A DNA stretch of 64,000 nucleotides, taken from NCBI GenBank assembly GCA_030265395.1, contig JARFYF010000094.1, positions 29,138,919-29,202,918 on the forward strand, read 5' to 3'. Below, piece by piece: positions 1 to 14,222 of this stretch (positions are counted from its first letter, which is position 1; the number at the start of each line of letters is the position of its first letter). Below the pieces are notes generated by a model, which was given only the letters and a program-made list of their open reading frames with translations, did not search any database and had not been told where the DNA came from. This DNA comes from Rhina ancylostomus (lineage: Eukaryota). The position numbers and the translations under genes are program-made.

Positions 1-74
1 ATGGAATCCATGTGCTGGACAACAAGGCATTAATGGAGCCAAATTGAGGGCCAGAACTCAGAACCATGACAAAG

Positions 75-268
75 AGATGCCAGAGGAAGTGGTTGAGGCA
101 GGTACAATACAACATGTAAAAGACACTTGGACAGATACATGGATAGGAAAGGTTTCGAGGGGTATGGACCAAATGTGGGCAAATGGGATTAGCTTAAATG
201 GGTACCTTGGTCGGAATGGACGAGTTAGGCTGAAGGGCCTGTTTCTGTGCTGCATAATTCTATAACTT
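75..268 (+). mobile_element. CR1/HER1-type LINE 3' end
   Basis: Contains gaggaagtggttgaggcaggtacaat...ttggacagatacatggataggaaagg...gaagggcctgtttctgtgctg with a ctata tail. A related copy lies at 24640-24805. Confidence 0.8.
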
Positions 269-3200
269 AATGATTGCTTTATCTGGTCATATGCCCTAAT
301 ATCTCCTTACATAATAGAGCCAACAACTTTTATTTGATAACCTATTTATGGGGCCTTTTGGGTTGTTTTATCAAGTTGAATGTACTATTTAAATGGAGAT
401 TGTTGCTGGCTCACTTTTTCTTCATCTGAAAACCTTTGGGCTGTTTATATCTCATTGATGAATCTAGAAGAGGCAATTAAGGATATCCATTGGCTAAGTT
501 GGATCATGACTAACGTCATTGAGCTTTCAGATAAATTGTGAAAAAAATTGGCAGCCTAGGTTGAAGGCATATATTTCCAAAAAAAATATAGCTCAGTGGC
601 TTAAAAGCATTTTGCAATTCAATGTGTGGGGATGAATAAAGCATCCAATATTATTTCTTTATGCTGAAGCATCTAATCAGAAGAACAACAGATAGAAACA
701 AATAGTGTTAGCATAAATTGTAATGAAATTAGACTTGCTATGATTAAAGTGGGATATCATGTTGAAGTCAAGAAAAGGCAGAATTTTCAAAAGGCATTCC
801 AAAGAGGCATATTTTGATTTTTTTCATAGTTGTGCCTGCAGAGATTATTTTAATTGTTGTCTTGAGTACACTGATTCAAGNNNNNNNNNNGAAACCTTTG
901 AAATTCAAGGTATCAGTTTCAATGGCAGGACAACATATCATTTAATACAGGATTCCATGTAGCAAATGATGGAAGAGAAACAACTGTACAAATCTCAAAT
1001 TCTCATTGATTTCTGTTATGCACATATAAAAGTAGCTTTGTTAAAAAAACTAGCTCATAGACTGGAGTCCAAGGTTAAATAGGTCAATGATAAGTTCTAA
1101 CATAACACGTTATTCCTTGTGGGGAGTACCATAAATAAATCATGTATGGTCACATAAGTAGGTCAGATGTCCTCGCTCATATTAAAGATCAAAATATTAA
1201 GATAAAGTGTGGATGCTGAACTTGCTGGAATATATCATCAGTTGCCTGTTGATCTGCTAGCGTTTCTAGGAGTAAGTTCCACCAGGTATTGGATCCTGCA
1301 TGATCGTGGAAGTCCAGAGCTGTTGAAAGTTCTTTAACAAAGTTTTGCCATCCAAGTTTCTTTGTTGGATTCATGAGGAAGTCCAGTGGCAGAATATGAA
1401 CTAACTGATTCCTCAGCACTTATGCTGGAGAACATTACCACTGATCCAGTGCCACACTCGACCTGCCACAACCATTCATTTCCATGGAGAGAAACGGTGG
1501 CAAGGAACCTATAGTATATGTAATAAAAATGGTAGTGGAGATAATTTAAATTCAATTTATTTCAATGTTTTAATTGCTTGAAAGATTTTAAGTGTATTTT
1601 TGAATGTATTTAATATTGGCAAAGATTAAAGTAAGCCAGTGAGGGCAGGTAAATCACACTGGTTTGAAATTGGCTGATGCAATCTTTATTGGTGGGTTAA
1701 ATTGGCAATGTTAGCAATACAACCATACCAATAAGAAATTTCAGTTACTTTCACCCCTGAATATTAGGGATATTTAGAAGCATTAAAAGTACTTGACAGA
1801 TTTGATAGTTGGCCAGCAGTTAAGATTTTGCAAAGATTTCATGGGTGGGGCTTATTCTTGTTCGCTCATGTAATGGCATTATATAATCATTTCTGTTGCA
1901 TTAAATATTACAGTTGAATGGTATTTAGTAAAAGTAGAATCTGAATCCATTTTTCTTTGGTTTCATTGTGGAAATGTGCTGAAATGAATTTGAGAATTTG
2001 GTTCATTTGGTTGTGACTCACTCTGCAGTTTGTTAATCATGATGTGACTTCAATGTGCACTGGGGAATCACAACTTCTTTGATTTTTAAATTGAAGACAT
2101 GTTGCATTTTATAGATTTCTTGCACTAAATTAAAAGGGATATCATGGACTGAGCCCCTCTAGCAACATCAAGTAGGAGAGAGGAGTGAGAATGCCTGCTG
2201 TGGAATTTCAATTAAAATGTGACTAAGAATCTTTTACACAATGATGATAAACAACTTCGGAGAAAATTATTGTCAAAAAGAAAATGTTCAGCATCAAGGA
2301 AGTCTGGCATATAGTGTCATGAACTGAAAAAGAAAATCAAATCATTTGAAGTTTTGAAGTTATATACAGTGTGTATATGTAAATAAAATAAAATATATAT
2401 GACTTACTCTCTATGTGTCCATACTTTGCACTTGGAATTATCCATTTAAATACTATTCTAATAAATTGCTTGTATTTCTATTCCTTCCAAGTACACTCTC
2501 TCTCTCATTTACAGAGTTGCCTTTTGTAAGTGGTAACAGGCATTCACACCAGAATATTTTTACAATCTTTTTGATAGAAAATGTCATCAGAGATTGTGAA
2601 AAACAGAGTGGGATGTGCTATTCCTTTATTTTATTCTTGTCACCTACAGGTTATTTTGGCATGTGCCCCCCCCCACCCAACTGTTTTACCTATTCCCCCA
2701 CTTCCTCTCCAATGCTAGATGCTATTTTTCACTCCTGCCCACTCTACCACTGCTTTTTGCTTACTTATCCATTCGTGCTTCTACTATTCTCAGCTTCCTA
2801 CTTATATCCTCTGCAATCATCTTCAAATCCATTGCCCTTGCCCAGTTTATCCCTTTTGGTTCCTATCTAAGGCCACTGATTCTGTCCTAAGGGATGAAAC
2901 CCTTATGTCATAGGAGGAAGGGGAAATGCATTTCTTACAATGATCTGAAAAACGTTTACCCCTCACCTCGTTGAATGACCAAAATCCCACCTCCTGTAGC
3001 AACATTAAGTGGAAGTGTATGTGACAGTGTGGTGTGAGATGGGAATGGAGTTGGAAACCATGGCAGTCAGGAAAAGAGCATTGTGCTTTTTATTAGCTGG
3101 GTGGCACCTTTATTATGAATTCATTATGAAATGCAGCTGCAATTTCCCACAATCAAACATCTTTCTGTAATAGATATTTCAGCTTTTCTGAAGAGTCTCA

Positions 3201-6200
3201 GCAAAGTGATCATCTCATCCAAATGCAAACAACAGTGTCCTACTCACATCTCAGAAGCTCCTGACCTGGTCCTTCTCACAACCATACTTACCACGCCTTG
3301 AACTAGAGGCCAATCTTGTTGGCTCAAAGCATCTTGGACTCCAACAACAGGGCCTCCAGTGGTGGTGCCAGCTTCCAAAGGCCCTTGCAAACTTTGACAG
3401 CCAGCCCTCAGTTTTCCCAGCTATTACGTTTGTGAGGATAATTTAATGTTTTTTTGAGTAATGCAATTATTTTTAAGAAGGTAAAACATACAAAGTAAAA
3501 ACAATTATAACAAATTTTAGAAATAATAATGGACCTAAAATAATTAATAGATGCTTCCTTTCCCAATTGCCTCCTTATCCCAGGGCTTTGAAATCAATGA
3601 GGTCTTACTTGGTGGAGCATCTGAAAGGGGATTTCCTAGCATAATGCTGGGGAATCCCAGCAAGACTGGCATCTGGTGCTGTACTGCTTGGAGGATTTGG
3701 CGTCAGAGCCAAGTGCTGGAGTTCACATTCCGAATCTGCAAATAAAATCAGGACATCTGGATTTGACAGTGGATGTATAGAAGTCTCAGACTTCTGTTGT
3801 TTGAATGGCTATTCATTTGAAACCTCCAGGATTGTCCAGCAAGACTGGCCAATTAATGGTTCTGTCANNNNNNNNNNNNNNNNNNNNNNNNNNNNNNNNN
3901 NNNNNNNNNNNNNNNNNNNNNNNNNNNNNNNNNNNNNNNNNNNNNNNNNNNNNNNNNNNNNNNNNNNGTCAATTTGCTTAATGCATAAACAAATCAGGCA
4001 AGGCAAAGGAGAATACAGGTGGAACAGTGAATGTTTTAGCATTTGTATTAAATAAACTGAAGGCTCTACATGTCCAGATATACTATAATTTTGTATAATT
4101 AGCCTCAGTGCATTCTTCCATTATCAATTGAAATGTGCATTGTTTCAATGCAAAATGTTGAGAGCTGCTAGGCAATATAATCCAGGACACTACCACATTT
4201 TAAAATGATGAACTGCTCACCCATGCAATGCCAGACTTGATCTTTGATTTCTGTTCGGGGAACTGATAAGAGGGATGGTGGGAGAGTCGACTTAGAATGT
4301 TGGGAGGGGAAGAAAAAAACCTAGCCAGGGTCTCTATTCCTGACCATTTTCCATTGGTGGCTGTTACTACCCTTAAAGTTCATCCATAAACTTCCTCCAA
4401 ATATGACTAACCTCCACCTAAGTCCATGTTAACCAGTGCATTAGCCACTAGTTACATGCAACTGCCTGGAAATCAAGAAGAAGCTAATTGCATTTCTGAA
4501 GCTTTTGTGTGTCTGTTTGTAAAATGGTAAAATAATGAACAGTGTGTCAGCACCTTTCGACTATATTGTGTCTTTTGATACAGCTGACTGATTATTTACT
4601 GATATTGTTGTACGATGGGGGAAATCATCACAAAACTGAAGTAGTAGTGATATGGGGAGTAGAACTGCCATTGTAGTCAGTTCAGCTAGTCAAAATAACC
4701 ATGCCAAATCAGAAAAAGAAAGCAAGCCCACCTTTAGGATACAACCCCACAAGAGCACATCAAGGCAAAGAGCAAGCAACATCCAAACTGGGTTTGAAGA
4801 AAACCCAGTATGGATCAAGCACATCTCGTTTTGCAAATCAACATCCTCAGCAATCATTCTATAGGTGCGAAGTTACAACTGCTGGACAAAAGACCAGTGA
4901 CTATTTTGACATGTACCATGCCTGATCAATTCATACTGGAAGTCCAAGCAGTGCTGAAAGGGGAGAACTGCCAAATTTTCACTGAATAGTGGTAAATTAA
5001 ATAGATGTACACATTATATTCTGTTGTGTGGGATGAGTTTCTGACTAATATTAATACATGTGGCTTAACTTTTAATAAATTCTCTTGATCTAAATAAAGC
5101 TGTGTTTACCATTTTCCAATTATACTGGATATTGTATGTGGCCTTCTTTAAAAAAAAGATTAGGTACTACAATGGCAAACTACCTAGATTCTCCCACACA
5201 CAGGCTGTTATTTATAATTCACTGCAGGCAGTCACAGCATCTGAGGGAAGCACAGAGCAGAGCAGAGGTTGAAGCAATTAGAAGCAAATCAGAATCTAGG
5301 ACATGGAATTCACTGATAGGTAGGAGTGAATAATCATGTCAAGACTCATCCTCCATTGTCCCCTACAGCTAATTACAGAGCAATATTGCAGNNNNNNNNN
5401 NNNNNNNNNNNNNNNNNNNNNNNNNNNNNNNNNNNNNNNNNNNNNNNNNNNNNNNNNNNNNNTACTTAAGAAATTCATATTATAAGAATATTCTAATGAA
5501 AACTTAACGTTTTGTACCATCAGACTGATTGTATTTTGCAACCATTTCATCTCAGGGATAACATAATTGTAAACACTCTAAATTATTCTCTTCCAGAATT
5601 ATATGCAATGCCAATTTAAGGCAGAGAACTTTCTCATGCAAGTCTGAAGATCTGAAGTGAATTGTCCCAGAATTTGGGGTGAATGGTCAGTGCACGCTGT
5701 CATCACTCTATAAAACAAATAACACTCTCTTTCATCTGTAAATGTGCAAGAAAATGCAGCACAGTTGCTGGAGATACCCTCCTCCTCCTCCTCCACAAAG
5801 TCACCACTATAATTTTAGCAGATGCAATCAACACAAAACTAAAGGTTTGATATGACCATTGAAAATATTAGGAATTGTTTAACGTGGTGTAACTGAGGAT
5901 TTATACTGAGTCACATATATATATTGGTGAACATCCTCTCTGACCCTGAAAACTAATTTTACATGAAAGAAGTACCCTTTCCTCATTATTGCATAACATA
6001 ATTATATAAGGTTTAAAATAATAAACATTCTTTTTATTTTGTTATTTTTACAAATGTGTTTACATGATTCCATTGTACACCTTAGCTTTATGTGTATATC
6101 CCAGTCTTCATTTTAAAGTAGTTAAAAAAATTATATTGTAAGTTATACCTTTGCTCCTTAGTCTACTTTCTGTAATGTTCTGCAGCCTGATTGGCTGATT

Positions 6201-7610
6201 AACCTGCCTGATGGCTTCACTATTGCCTGGTACCACAGATTTCCTGTGGATATCACAATAATCAAAGTCATATTGGAATCAGGAAAATCAATTCTGGAGC
6301 CCACTAAATCCTTGTGACCAATATTATCTCTTTGCTACTGATGACAAAATCCATAGCATTATTCCTTGACAAATGTAATAGAGACCACATGGAAGAGAAT
6401 GATATAAAACAAGCGCATATAGTTAATTCAATGTTCAAAGTAAATTCCAATTACTTCAAGGCAGATAACATTATTGTTGTAACTGAATGCTTCTTCCAAG
6501 ATCAGTCTCATGTATCTTACTGAAATAACATATAACCCAGATCTAACACAAGGCAGAATCCAATACTCCAATCTTCAGTGCAAGGCTGTAGCTCAGGCTC
6601 ATTAATCATAACATATCACAAGCTGGTGCAAGATTACTCAAGTAGCTTTAAAGTGTGTAGAAGCTTTTATAATTAAGATTGAAAGACATTTTTCTGAGTA
6701 GATGGAAGGCAGGCTGCCAACTCCATTTTTCTGGTGTCTTCCAAAATTATATTGCAAGCAGATGTAAATGCTGCTTACTGGACTGTGTTTATAATTATGC
6801 TATGAAATGATTGTTTTTATAAATGAAGTCTGATTATGAGGAAAAGCAAAAGGGCCCCAGAACTGCACTGCTCTCTGCCAAGTCTACCAATCTAAGATAT
6901 GCTAAGTTCTGTGAACTTCCCTAGTTGGTCAATTAACATGAAGGAACAGTGTAACTGAATTTATAAGATTTCTCTTCTCCCACCATCAAAACATGTACAT
7001 AGTCTGGTTATACTTCCATAAAGATATGTGAAGATGTTAAAGTAGTTTGCCTGTGTCACACATCCACTTACAACATGTGTCTCCACACAATGCTGACAAC
7101 CAGCTGGTGAATTGAAATGACCCCTAAGAGCCTTTGTTAATCACAAAATGGTTACAGTGTGGAAGGAAGCATTTGTTCTGTCATGTCCATACTGGTTCTA
7201 ATCTCTCCTGCCTTTCTCGCCAACACAGACCTCGCTTTTTTGTTTTCACTCCCTCACACTCTATGCCTTCCAAGTCCATTTCTCTGCCAACTGGAACTTT
7301 TTTTAAAATCTCTGACTTTTTCTCATTTCTGATGTTATGCCATTGACCTGAAACATTGGTCTGGAACTTGCAGACAGCCCGATGGTCAGTCCTTAGCCAG
7401 TCAATGGTGAGCTGCATAGCATGAGGTGGTGTGTTTCAGACATCTCAACTCTTGCTGTGTCCATGAACTCACTATTGAGCTGAGGACAGTCAGTCATTCA
7501 AAGCTGGTGGGTCTAATGCAACACAAATCACATTGATAAAGTGACTGACCTTCATTTAAGAAGTGTTTAAATAAGCTTTTTGTTTATTTTCTTTATTTCA
7601 CTGTCTATCA

Positions 7611-8000
7611 ACGAAGGTTGGGGGTGTCGTGGAGAGTTTGGAGGGACATCAGAGGTTACAGAGGGATATAGAGAGGGTGCAGAGTTGGGCTGAGAAGTGG
7701 CAGATGCAGTTCAACCCAGATAAGTGTGAAGTGGTTCATTTTGGTAGGTCNNNNNNNNNNNNNNNNNNNNNNNNNNNNNNNNNNNNNNNNNNNNNNNNNN
7801 NNNNNNNNNNNNNNNNNNNNNNNNNNNNNNNNNNNNNNNNNNNNNNNNNNTTAGATAGGTACATGGAGCTAAGTAAAATAGAGGGCTATGTAATTCCTAG
7901 GGTAAGCAGAGTAATTTCTAGGGTAGGGACATGTTCAGCACAGCTTTGTGGGCCGAAGGGCCTGATTTGTGCCGTAGTTTTTCTATGTTCTATGTTCTAT
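7611..8000 (+). mobile_element. 5'-truncated CR1 LINE (RT C-terminus, gap, 3' UTR)
   Basis: Translates TKVGGVVESLEGHQRLQRDIERVQSWAEKWQMQFNPDKCEVVHFGR, typical of CR1 ORF2, and ends in a (TTCTATG)n tail. Confidence 0.9.
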
Positions 8001-8329
8001 TTAAGTTTTTAATTAGTTAAAAGAATTTACAATGTTCTCAAATCAATTTTATTTTATTTTATAATTCTTTTAATATATTTTTATTGTTTTGTTTTTGTCC
8101 AGTTGTTTTCAATCAGATGATCAGAGAATTTAGGAAACAGAGAAAAGACCTTCTGACAGTGCATGCTAATGGAAGGAGTCTTGGTCCCCATATCTGCTAC
8201 TTAGTCATTGTCCAAGGATGGGCCACAGCAGTGATGTTGAGAAAGGGTTGCCAATGGGATTAGTGAATTGACGGGTTATCAAGAGGGGTGATCGTGAGGC
8301 AGAGGTCCATTAACCATGCTTCTCTCTTG

Positions 8330-8680
8330 GCAATTGATGATTGACCTAATGGAATGGCTGAAATTGGAGACAGCAAAGGTATGGATCAGGCTTCCAGTAG
8401 CAGATGGACTTAGGCAGAGCAGGAGGTGATATTGGATCACAGGCAGACAGTTTTAGAGATGGACTGGGTCTGGACTGAAAGCCTAAAACTGATGCTGAGG
8501 TTGCAAAGCAGCTCAGCTGATCCTGTCACTGGGCGGGAAAAGGAAATGGATCGGTGGCAAACCTGTGGAATTTGTGATGACAGCTAAGATCTTCGAAGTG
8601 TTCTTTCCACATTTAATTGGAAGAAGTCCCAGTTCTACCAGGACTATATGTCTAAGGTCACCGGGACAGTTTAACTTCAA
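8330..8680 (-). mobile_element. Decayed L2-like LINE fragment
   Basis: Similar by eye to 32330-32690 and 53090-53400. Confidence 0.5.
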
Positions 8681-8924
8681 TGTTGACATTCAGACTTATT
8701 TCTCTGAATTCCTGGAACATACTGCACATGTTCTAGAATGTAGTATATCCTGTTCTGACTTGATCTCCTGNNNNNNNNNNCTGCATTTCCATCACTGTCA
8801 GTGTTTTCATCCAGTATCCTGTTCCCAGAACCTCTTTTAAAATCTCTCCACTTTTTCAGAATTTCCATCACAATCTAATGGATTTAAATGGCATTTAATG
8901 AGTTGCATAGTGACCTGTTTGCAC

Positions 8925-9110
8925 TGGAAGGAGAATTGATAGCTAATGAACACCGATTTAAGATGCTTGGCAAGAAAACTAAAGGGGGAAGTGCAGAGAG
9001 ATTTTTACACTGCAGTTATTATGATCTGCTCTGCATTGCCTGACAGAATGGTGAAAACAGTTGCATGCAATTGAACTTGAGGTAATATTTGAAAGGGAGA
9101 CATTTGTTGC
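8925..9110 (+). mobile_element. CR1 LINE 3' fragment
   Basis: Contains gatttaagatgcttggcaagaaaact...gatttttacactgcagttattatgatctg...tgcctgacagaatggtg. Confidence 0.6.
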
Positions 9111-11171
9111 TTNNNNNNNNNNGGCCCAAGCATCACGGATTCATCTGGTAAAGTGAGGGAAGACTTTTAGCAGTACAGGGCCCATTGATGGAAATGAGCT
9201 GCCATATTGGTTCAGTCAGAGACATGGGTAGAGAGGATCCACTCATGGTTTATTGCAATGTTCTTGATGACACTGTCATTCTTTCAATTCTCCAACTACA
9301 TTCAATTCCAGACCACCAAACAAAACCTCTGGTAATATGGTTGCTCTGAGATACACCTGGGTGTCCTTCATACAACTATTTCAGAATAACTTCTTCTTTG
9401 GGATGCAACAATTTTAGTTCCTGAAAGAACATACCATGCATTGTCTTCATATTGGACTTCCCATCCATGCTGGGTGTATTTGCACACTTGTGATCTGGTG
9501 GTGTCACATCTCATTGTGGGAGCAAACTGCTGAGTTGTGATTGGAGTGTTCTCCAATATATTCCTGCAATGAAACAATCTCATCAGCTGTTGGTGTCTCA
9601 TATGGAGGCACATGAATTGGCAGTCTACTCAATGCATTTTCCTTATGATCCTTCTACCCATTCTTATATTTTAGAATGTAGCTGTATTAAGACAATGCGA
9701 ATGCTCATCTTTGTACGCTGGCTGAGACTGACAGGTACCTCATTAGAGTCACCAAAGTGATCCTGTTCAGGCTTGTAATCTGTGAAAATCATAATATTCC
9801 AGCCATAAAGGTATGTTTGGAAATTTGGTACTCAGTCAATGATAGCTAAATCTTTTCTTTGTTGTGCGTGTTATTGCTCTTCCTTTCTATGAAGACCCTG
9901 ACATGAAACCAATCTATCGTTCAACTCCATTCTCCACATAGTGTGACACAACCACACCAACACGATAGTGATGTCTCATAGGACATTAGCAACAGCTTTG
10001 CTGGGTCACAATGATCAAGCACTTGTGAACTCAGCAGCAATTGCTTCCACTCTTGGCAGCTTCTTGTTTCTTCATCCAATTCCATGTTATCCCATGACTC
10101 AGCAACTCATGTAGAGATCCAAATACTTGGCGTTATAATTGAGGAAACAGGTGTGGTGGTTGAGAAGTCCTACATAGGCGTTCAACACTGTCAGGTTGGT
10201 TGGACTTGGTGTACAAAAATCTGCTTTGGCCTTGTTCTTGACTGTACAATGCCCTTCAGCATCTGTCTTATAACCAAGATGGAGGCAGCACAGAATAATT
10301 TGTCTATCCTTGACTGTACTCCAGCTTCTCAGAATCATCAAAGTACACTTTTTAGGTGATCCTGCTCTCTTTCCAATCAACATCATTTAAATAGCCCTCA
10401 GTACCTGGCAGAACTTGGATCAAACAATCCACTGGAAAATGACCAGAGCTGATGCTACCCCAAAAGGAAGTCCATTGTATTGGAATGTTCCTAGAAGAGT
10501 ATTTATTCTTGAGTACTCTTTGAATCTTTATCTAACTTGATTTCCTGGAAACATGTGACATGTCAAGGATTGTGAAGATATGCCCTTCTACCAGCACAAC
10601 AGACAATTCATTAGAGGTCAGGGCATCTGTATACTGTTGATTTTTATCTTATGACATCCACAGATCCTAATGGTGTTGTCTTTCTTCACCACAATAACGG
10701 TTGGAGCAGGTCATTCAGGAAACTCAGCTGATTCAATGTTACATGGTATCTGTTGTTTCTCCAGCATATCCCAGAACTTTTCCTGTGTAGAGAAAGGATT
10801 GGTTCTGGTTTGAAGATCGGAAATGCAGATATGCCTTCAGGTAGTTTTGAATGCTACAAAATTCATCACAAATCACCTCAAGGCACTTGTTAAGTACACT
10901 GATGCAGAAAGCTGCTTCATGCATTTGATCTCCACACATCCTCACCTCCCAAACTAGCTTTATCTTGTTTAACAAGTTCCAGCCCATTGAGTTGGATCTT
11001 TGCCCTGGAGCTTTGCTTCATTTTTCCCTACTTCTCATTCTAACATCACACTTCCCTAACAACTTGATACTTTTCTTATTGGAGTTTTGAAGAAAGGCAG
11101 ATATTTTCTTCAAGTTTCACTGTACTATCTGGCCACTGTCCCTTAGATACTTTCATCACCAATACCAATAT

Positions 11172-11443
11172 GGCAGGTATGGGAGTGTAGCAGTTAGTGT
11201 AACACTTTATAGTGGCAGCAATTTGGGTTCAATTCTGACTACTATCTGCAAGGAGCTTATACGTTCTCCCTATGTCTTCGTGAGTTTCCTCCGGGTGCTC
11301 TGGTTTCCTCCTACATTCCAGAGATGTATGGGTTAGGAAGTTATGGGCATGCTATATTGGCACCCCCAGAAGGCTACACAAAAAGATGTATTTCACTCTG
11401 TGTTTCAATGTATATGTGACTAATAAAGATACCTTATCTTATC
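11172..11443 (+). mobile_element. tRNA-derived V-SINE with a Rex1-like tail, inserted in the Gypsy relic
   Basis: tRNA-like head (gtagcagttagt...gggttcaattc), V-domain cgttctccctatgtcttcgtgagtttcctccgggtgctctggtttcctcc, and tail gtatatgtgactaataaagat(cttat)n. Confidence 0.8.
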
Positions 11444-11444
11444 A

Positions 11445-11533
11445 GCGTCCTGATGCAGGGTCTGAACCTGAAACATAGACTCTCTCTCTGCGTCCCACTG
11501 AGTTCCTTCAGCAGTTTCCTTTTTGCTCCAGAG
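11445..11533 (+). mobile_element. Penelope pseudo-LTR fragment
   Basis: Contains ctgatgcagggtctgaacctgaaacatagac...ctgagttccttcagcag...tgctccaga; same family as 17820-17920 and 25594-25720. Confidence 0.65.
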
Positions 11534-13469
11534 TCAATTTCCATTGACTCTTTCTTTCCTTGAATATATACTGACATACAGAAAGGTCCAATAAATTTCT
11601 AACAGTGTGAGATTCTGTAAAGGTCACTCTCTTTTTCACCTAGTTCATGTGTATGATGTCCTTTAACGTTCTTCCCAATAGGCTGCATACTTCTTGGTTA
11701 CTTGAGTTTAGTCTTGCTTTGTTTTCAAGCAACTTTTAATAGACATCCTCTGATACCTCAAGTACGGCAAACAGTGCAAATTATGGACTCATTTGCTCAA
11801 TGTCATGTGCTGTCTCCATGATAAGATCTTCCCTTCAGATAGTTCTTCCCTTACAAATCCTATGCTTGCTTGGTTGCTATCTCTATTGCCTGAGCAACAT
11901 CAAATGGCTGTTTGAAATTCTGTTTCATTGCACTGAGCAGCTTCCTTTGAGTTCACACATTTTGGATTCCATAATAGCTGGGCTACCTTATAACTAAGAT
12001 AGACTACTTTGGAGTCAGCACAGATTAACTTGTCTGTCCTTGACTGCATTCCAGCTTCTCAGAATTATCAAAGTACACTTTCTAGATGTTCCTTCTCCCT
12101 TTCCAGTCAATATCATTTAAATAGCTTTCAATACCTGGCAGAGCTTGGATCAAATAATTACTTGGAAATAGCGTCAATGATCAGATGGCCAGCTACCTCA
12201 CAGCTCCAGTGACATGGGATCAATTCTAACCTTNNNNNNNNNNNNNNNNNNNNNNNNNNNNNNNNNNNNNNNNNNNNNNNNNNNNNNNNNNNNNNNNNNN
12301 NNNNNNNNNNNNNNNNNNNNNNNNNNNNNNNNNNNNNNNNNNNNNNNNNNNNNNNNNNNNNNNNNNNNNNNNNNNNNNNNNNNNNNNNNNNNNNNNNNNN
12401 NNNNNNNNNNNNNNNNNNNNNNNNNNNNNNNNNNNNNNNNNNNNNNNNNNNNNNNNNNNNNNNNNNNNNNNNNNNNNNNNNNNNNNNNNNNNNNNNNNNN
12501 NNNNNNNNNNNNNNNNNNNNNNNNNNNNNNNNNNNNNNNNNNNNNNNNNNNNNNNNNNNNNNNNNNNNNNNNNNNNNNNNNNNNNNNNNNNNNNNAAAGT
12601 GGACTTCTTTCCATCTGCAATGTCATTTGGAGTGAAACAGTGTCCCATCCTTTGTACAGATCTAATCCTGGATCAATTGAGCTATAAAAAGGAATCTAAG
12701 AACTAACTGTGGTCATTTGACTTGACTGTGTCATTGTGCAACTCAGAAGGTTATAAGTCAATGAGATTCAACATAGTCGTGATAATTCATGGTCTGGGGC
12801 TCCAAACCCCTGAGAAAGAAAACAAGATCTCACAAAAAGGACACAATATTTACTCCTGAAAACACCCTAATGAATCTTCATGTAACCAATTACCATAAAT
12901 TCATCATTTAATGGATCTGAATATTGAATAAATATTAATTAATACATCATCATTGAGAGGTCAACAACTTTCTCTGAGCCTTGAGGTGGAATCATCTTTA
13001 TTTTCTGTTCATCCACTAGATGGCGGTGATATCAACAGATTTACAGCACAGATAATTTGCAGGATGCCAATGGCCTCAGATTATCAGAGAACAAATATTC
13101 TAATTTCTCAGTCTGAATTTAACTCAATATATCAGTTATACTTCAAAAGAACTTATTTCAACTCACACTGGTCTGCTAATCAGAGTATTTTGAGTCTTGT
13201 TACTTCTGTTTTCTGTTGTTTCCTTAAAGAGCAGCAATACACGCAAAAAGTAGCTACTGTTGCTCTTTATGCTGGAACAAAAATAATGCTAATTCAATAT
13301 ATCTCAAAATATCAACAAGTGTGTTCCTTTTCTAAAAAAAGACTCATTTTCCAGTCGAGACAAAAGACAAATTGGCAGTTTACTCCTTCTGCCTGCACCA
13401 CAGCCTTTAAGTGTCTCTCGAGAACTCGTGGACTTGATCTCCAGTCATTTCTCCTATTTCCTTAAAACA

Positions 13470-13790
13470 GAGAGTGACAACTCGACCCATCAAGTCTGGG
13501 CAGGCTCTCAGAGAAATCCCATCAATTCCATTGCCCCACTTATTTCCCTGTAATCAATTCTCTCTCATGTGCCCATTGACACCCNNNNNNNNNNNNNNNN
13601 NNNNNNNNNNNNNNNNNNNNNNNNNNNNNNNNNNNNNNNNNNNNNNNNNNNNNNNNNNNNNNNNNNNNNNNNNNNNNNNNNNNNNNNNNNNNNNNNNNNN
13701 NNNNNNNNNNNNNNNNNNNNNNNNNNNNNNNNNNNNNNNNNNNNNNNNNNNNNNNNNNNNNNCAGCATTACCTACTGCACTACTCTGCTG
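13470..13790 (-). mobile_element. HE1-like SINE spanning an N gap
   Basis: CR1-type tail (gacccatcaagtctgggcaggctctcagagaaatccc) on the left and a reverse tRNA head (tacctactgcactactctgctg) on the right. Confidence 0.6.
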
Positions 13791-14004
13791 GTCCACTTGT
13801 GTATATCCTTCACAAGATAGAATTTACTCACTCCTTTTGACGAAGGTGCCTATTTTAATGTTGCATCCATTGCCCAATTCCCCACACCCTTAAGCAATGG
13901 CAGCATGTTTCTACCTTATTTGATTGGACCAGATTGTACTGACCTAAAGCCCATGGTGTTGCAGAGAACTGCTTGCTAGTTGCAGAATTATGAAGGATTC
14001 CCAT

Positions 14005-14222
14005 GAGAGTGGGGTTGTGAACATCAGGAACTCTCTACCTCAGAGGATGTGGAGTCACCGAGTGCATTCCAGACTGAGATCAGTGGATTCAGGGACTCAA
14101 AAGGAATTAGAGAATATGGTGATCAGTTCAGAAATTGGACTTGAGGCTTCGGATCAGCCAAGTTATTCCTGAATAGAGAAACACTCAACGGGTTATACTG
14201 ACTACTTTTCCTTATGTTCTTA
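14005..14222 (+). mobile_element. CR1 LINE 3' end
   Basis: Contains gggttgtgaacatcaggaactctctacctcagagg...gatcagcca...ttcctgaat...ttccttatgttctt. Confidence 0.7.

Larger units (their letters stand above)
9150..12170 (-). mobile_element. Decayed Ty3/Gypsy LTR-retrotransposon internal region (gag-PR-RT-RNaseH-partial IN)
   Basis: Frameshifted minus-strand motifs occur in Gypsy order. Gag: TQRKLLS...FDVAQAIEIATKQA (~11860-11970). Post-protease: MGWNLLNKIKLVWE. RT: PAPTVIVVKKDNTIRICG, TFQYNGLPFGVASA, LGYKTDAEG...PSPTNLTVLNAYVGLLN. Then an RNaseH region, LENTPITTQQ...KYTQHGW, and integrase Zn-finger HPGVS...RGFVWWSGI. Confidence 0.85.

Noticed and set aside
2415-2913. 151-aa ORF and overlapping ORFs
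   Set aside because: Pyrimidine-rich low-complexity sequence with no domain similarity.
12198-13893. Long ORFs containing X runs
   Set aside because: These are artefacts of N gaps. The gap-free 170-aa ORF 12953-13465 has no recognisable homology or splice support.
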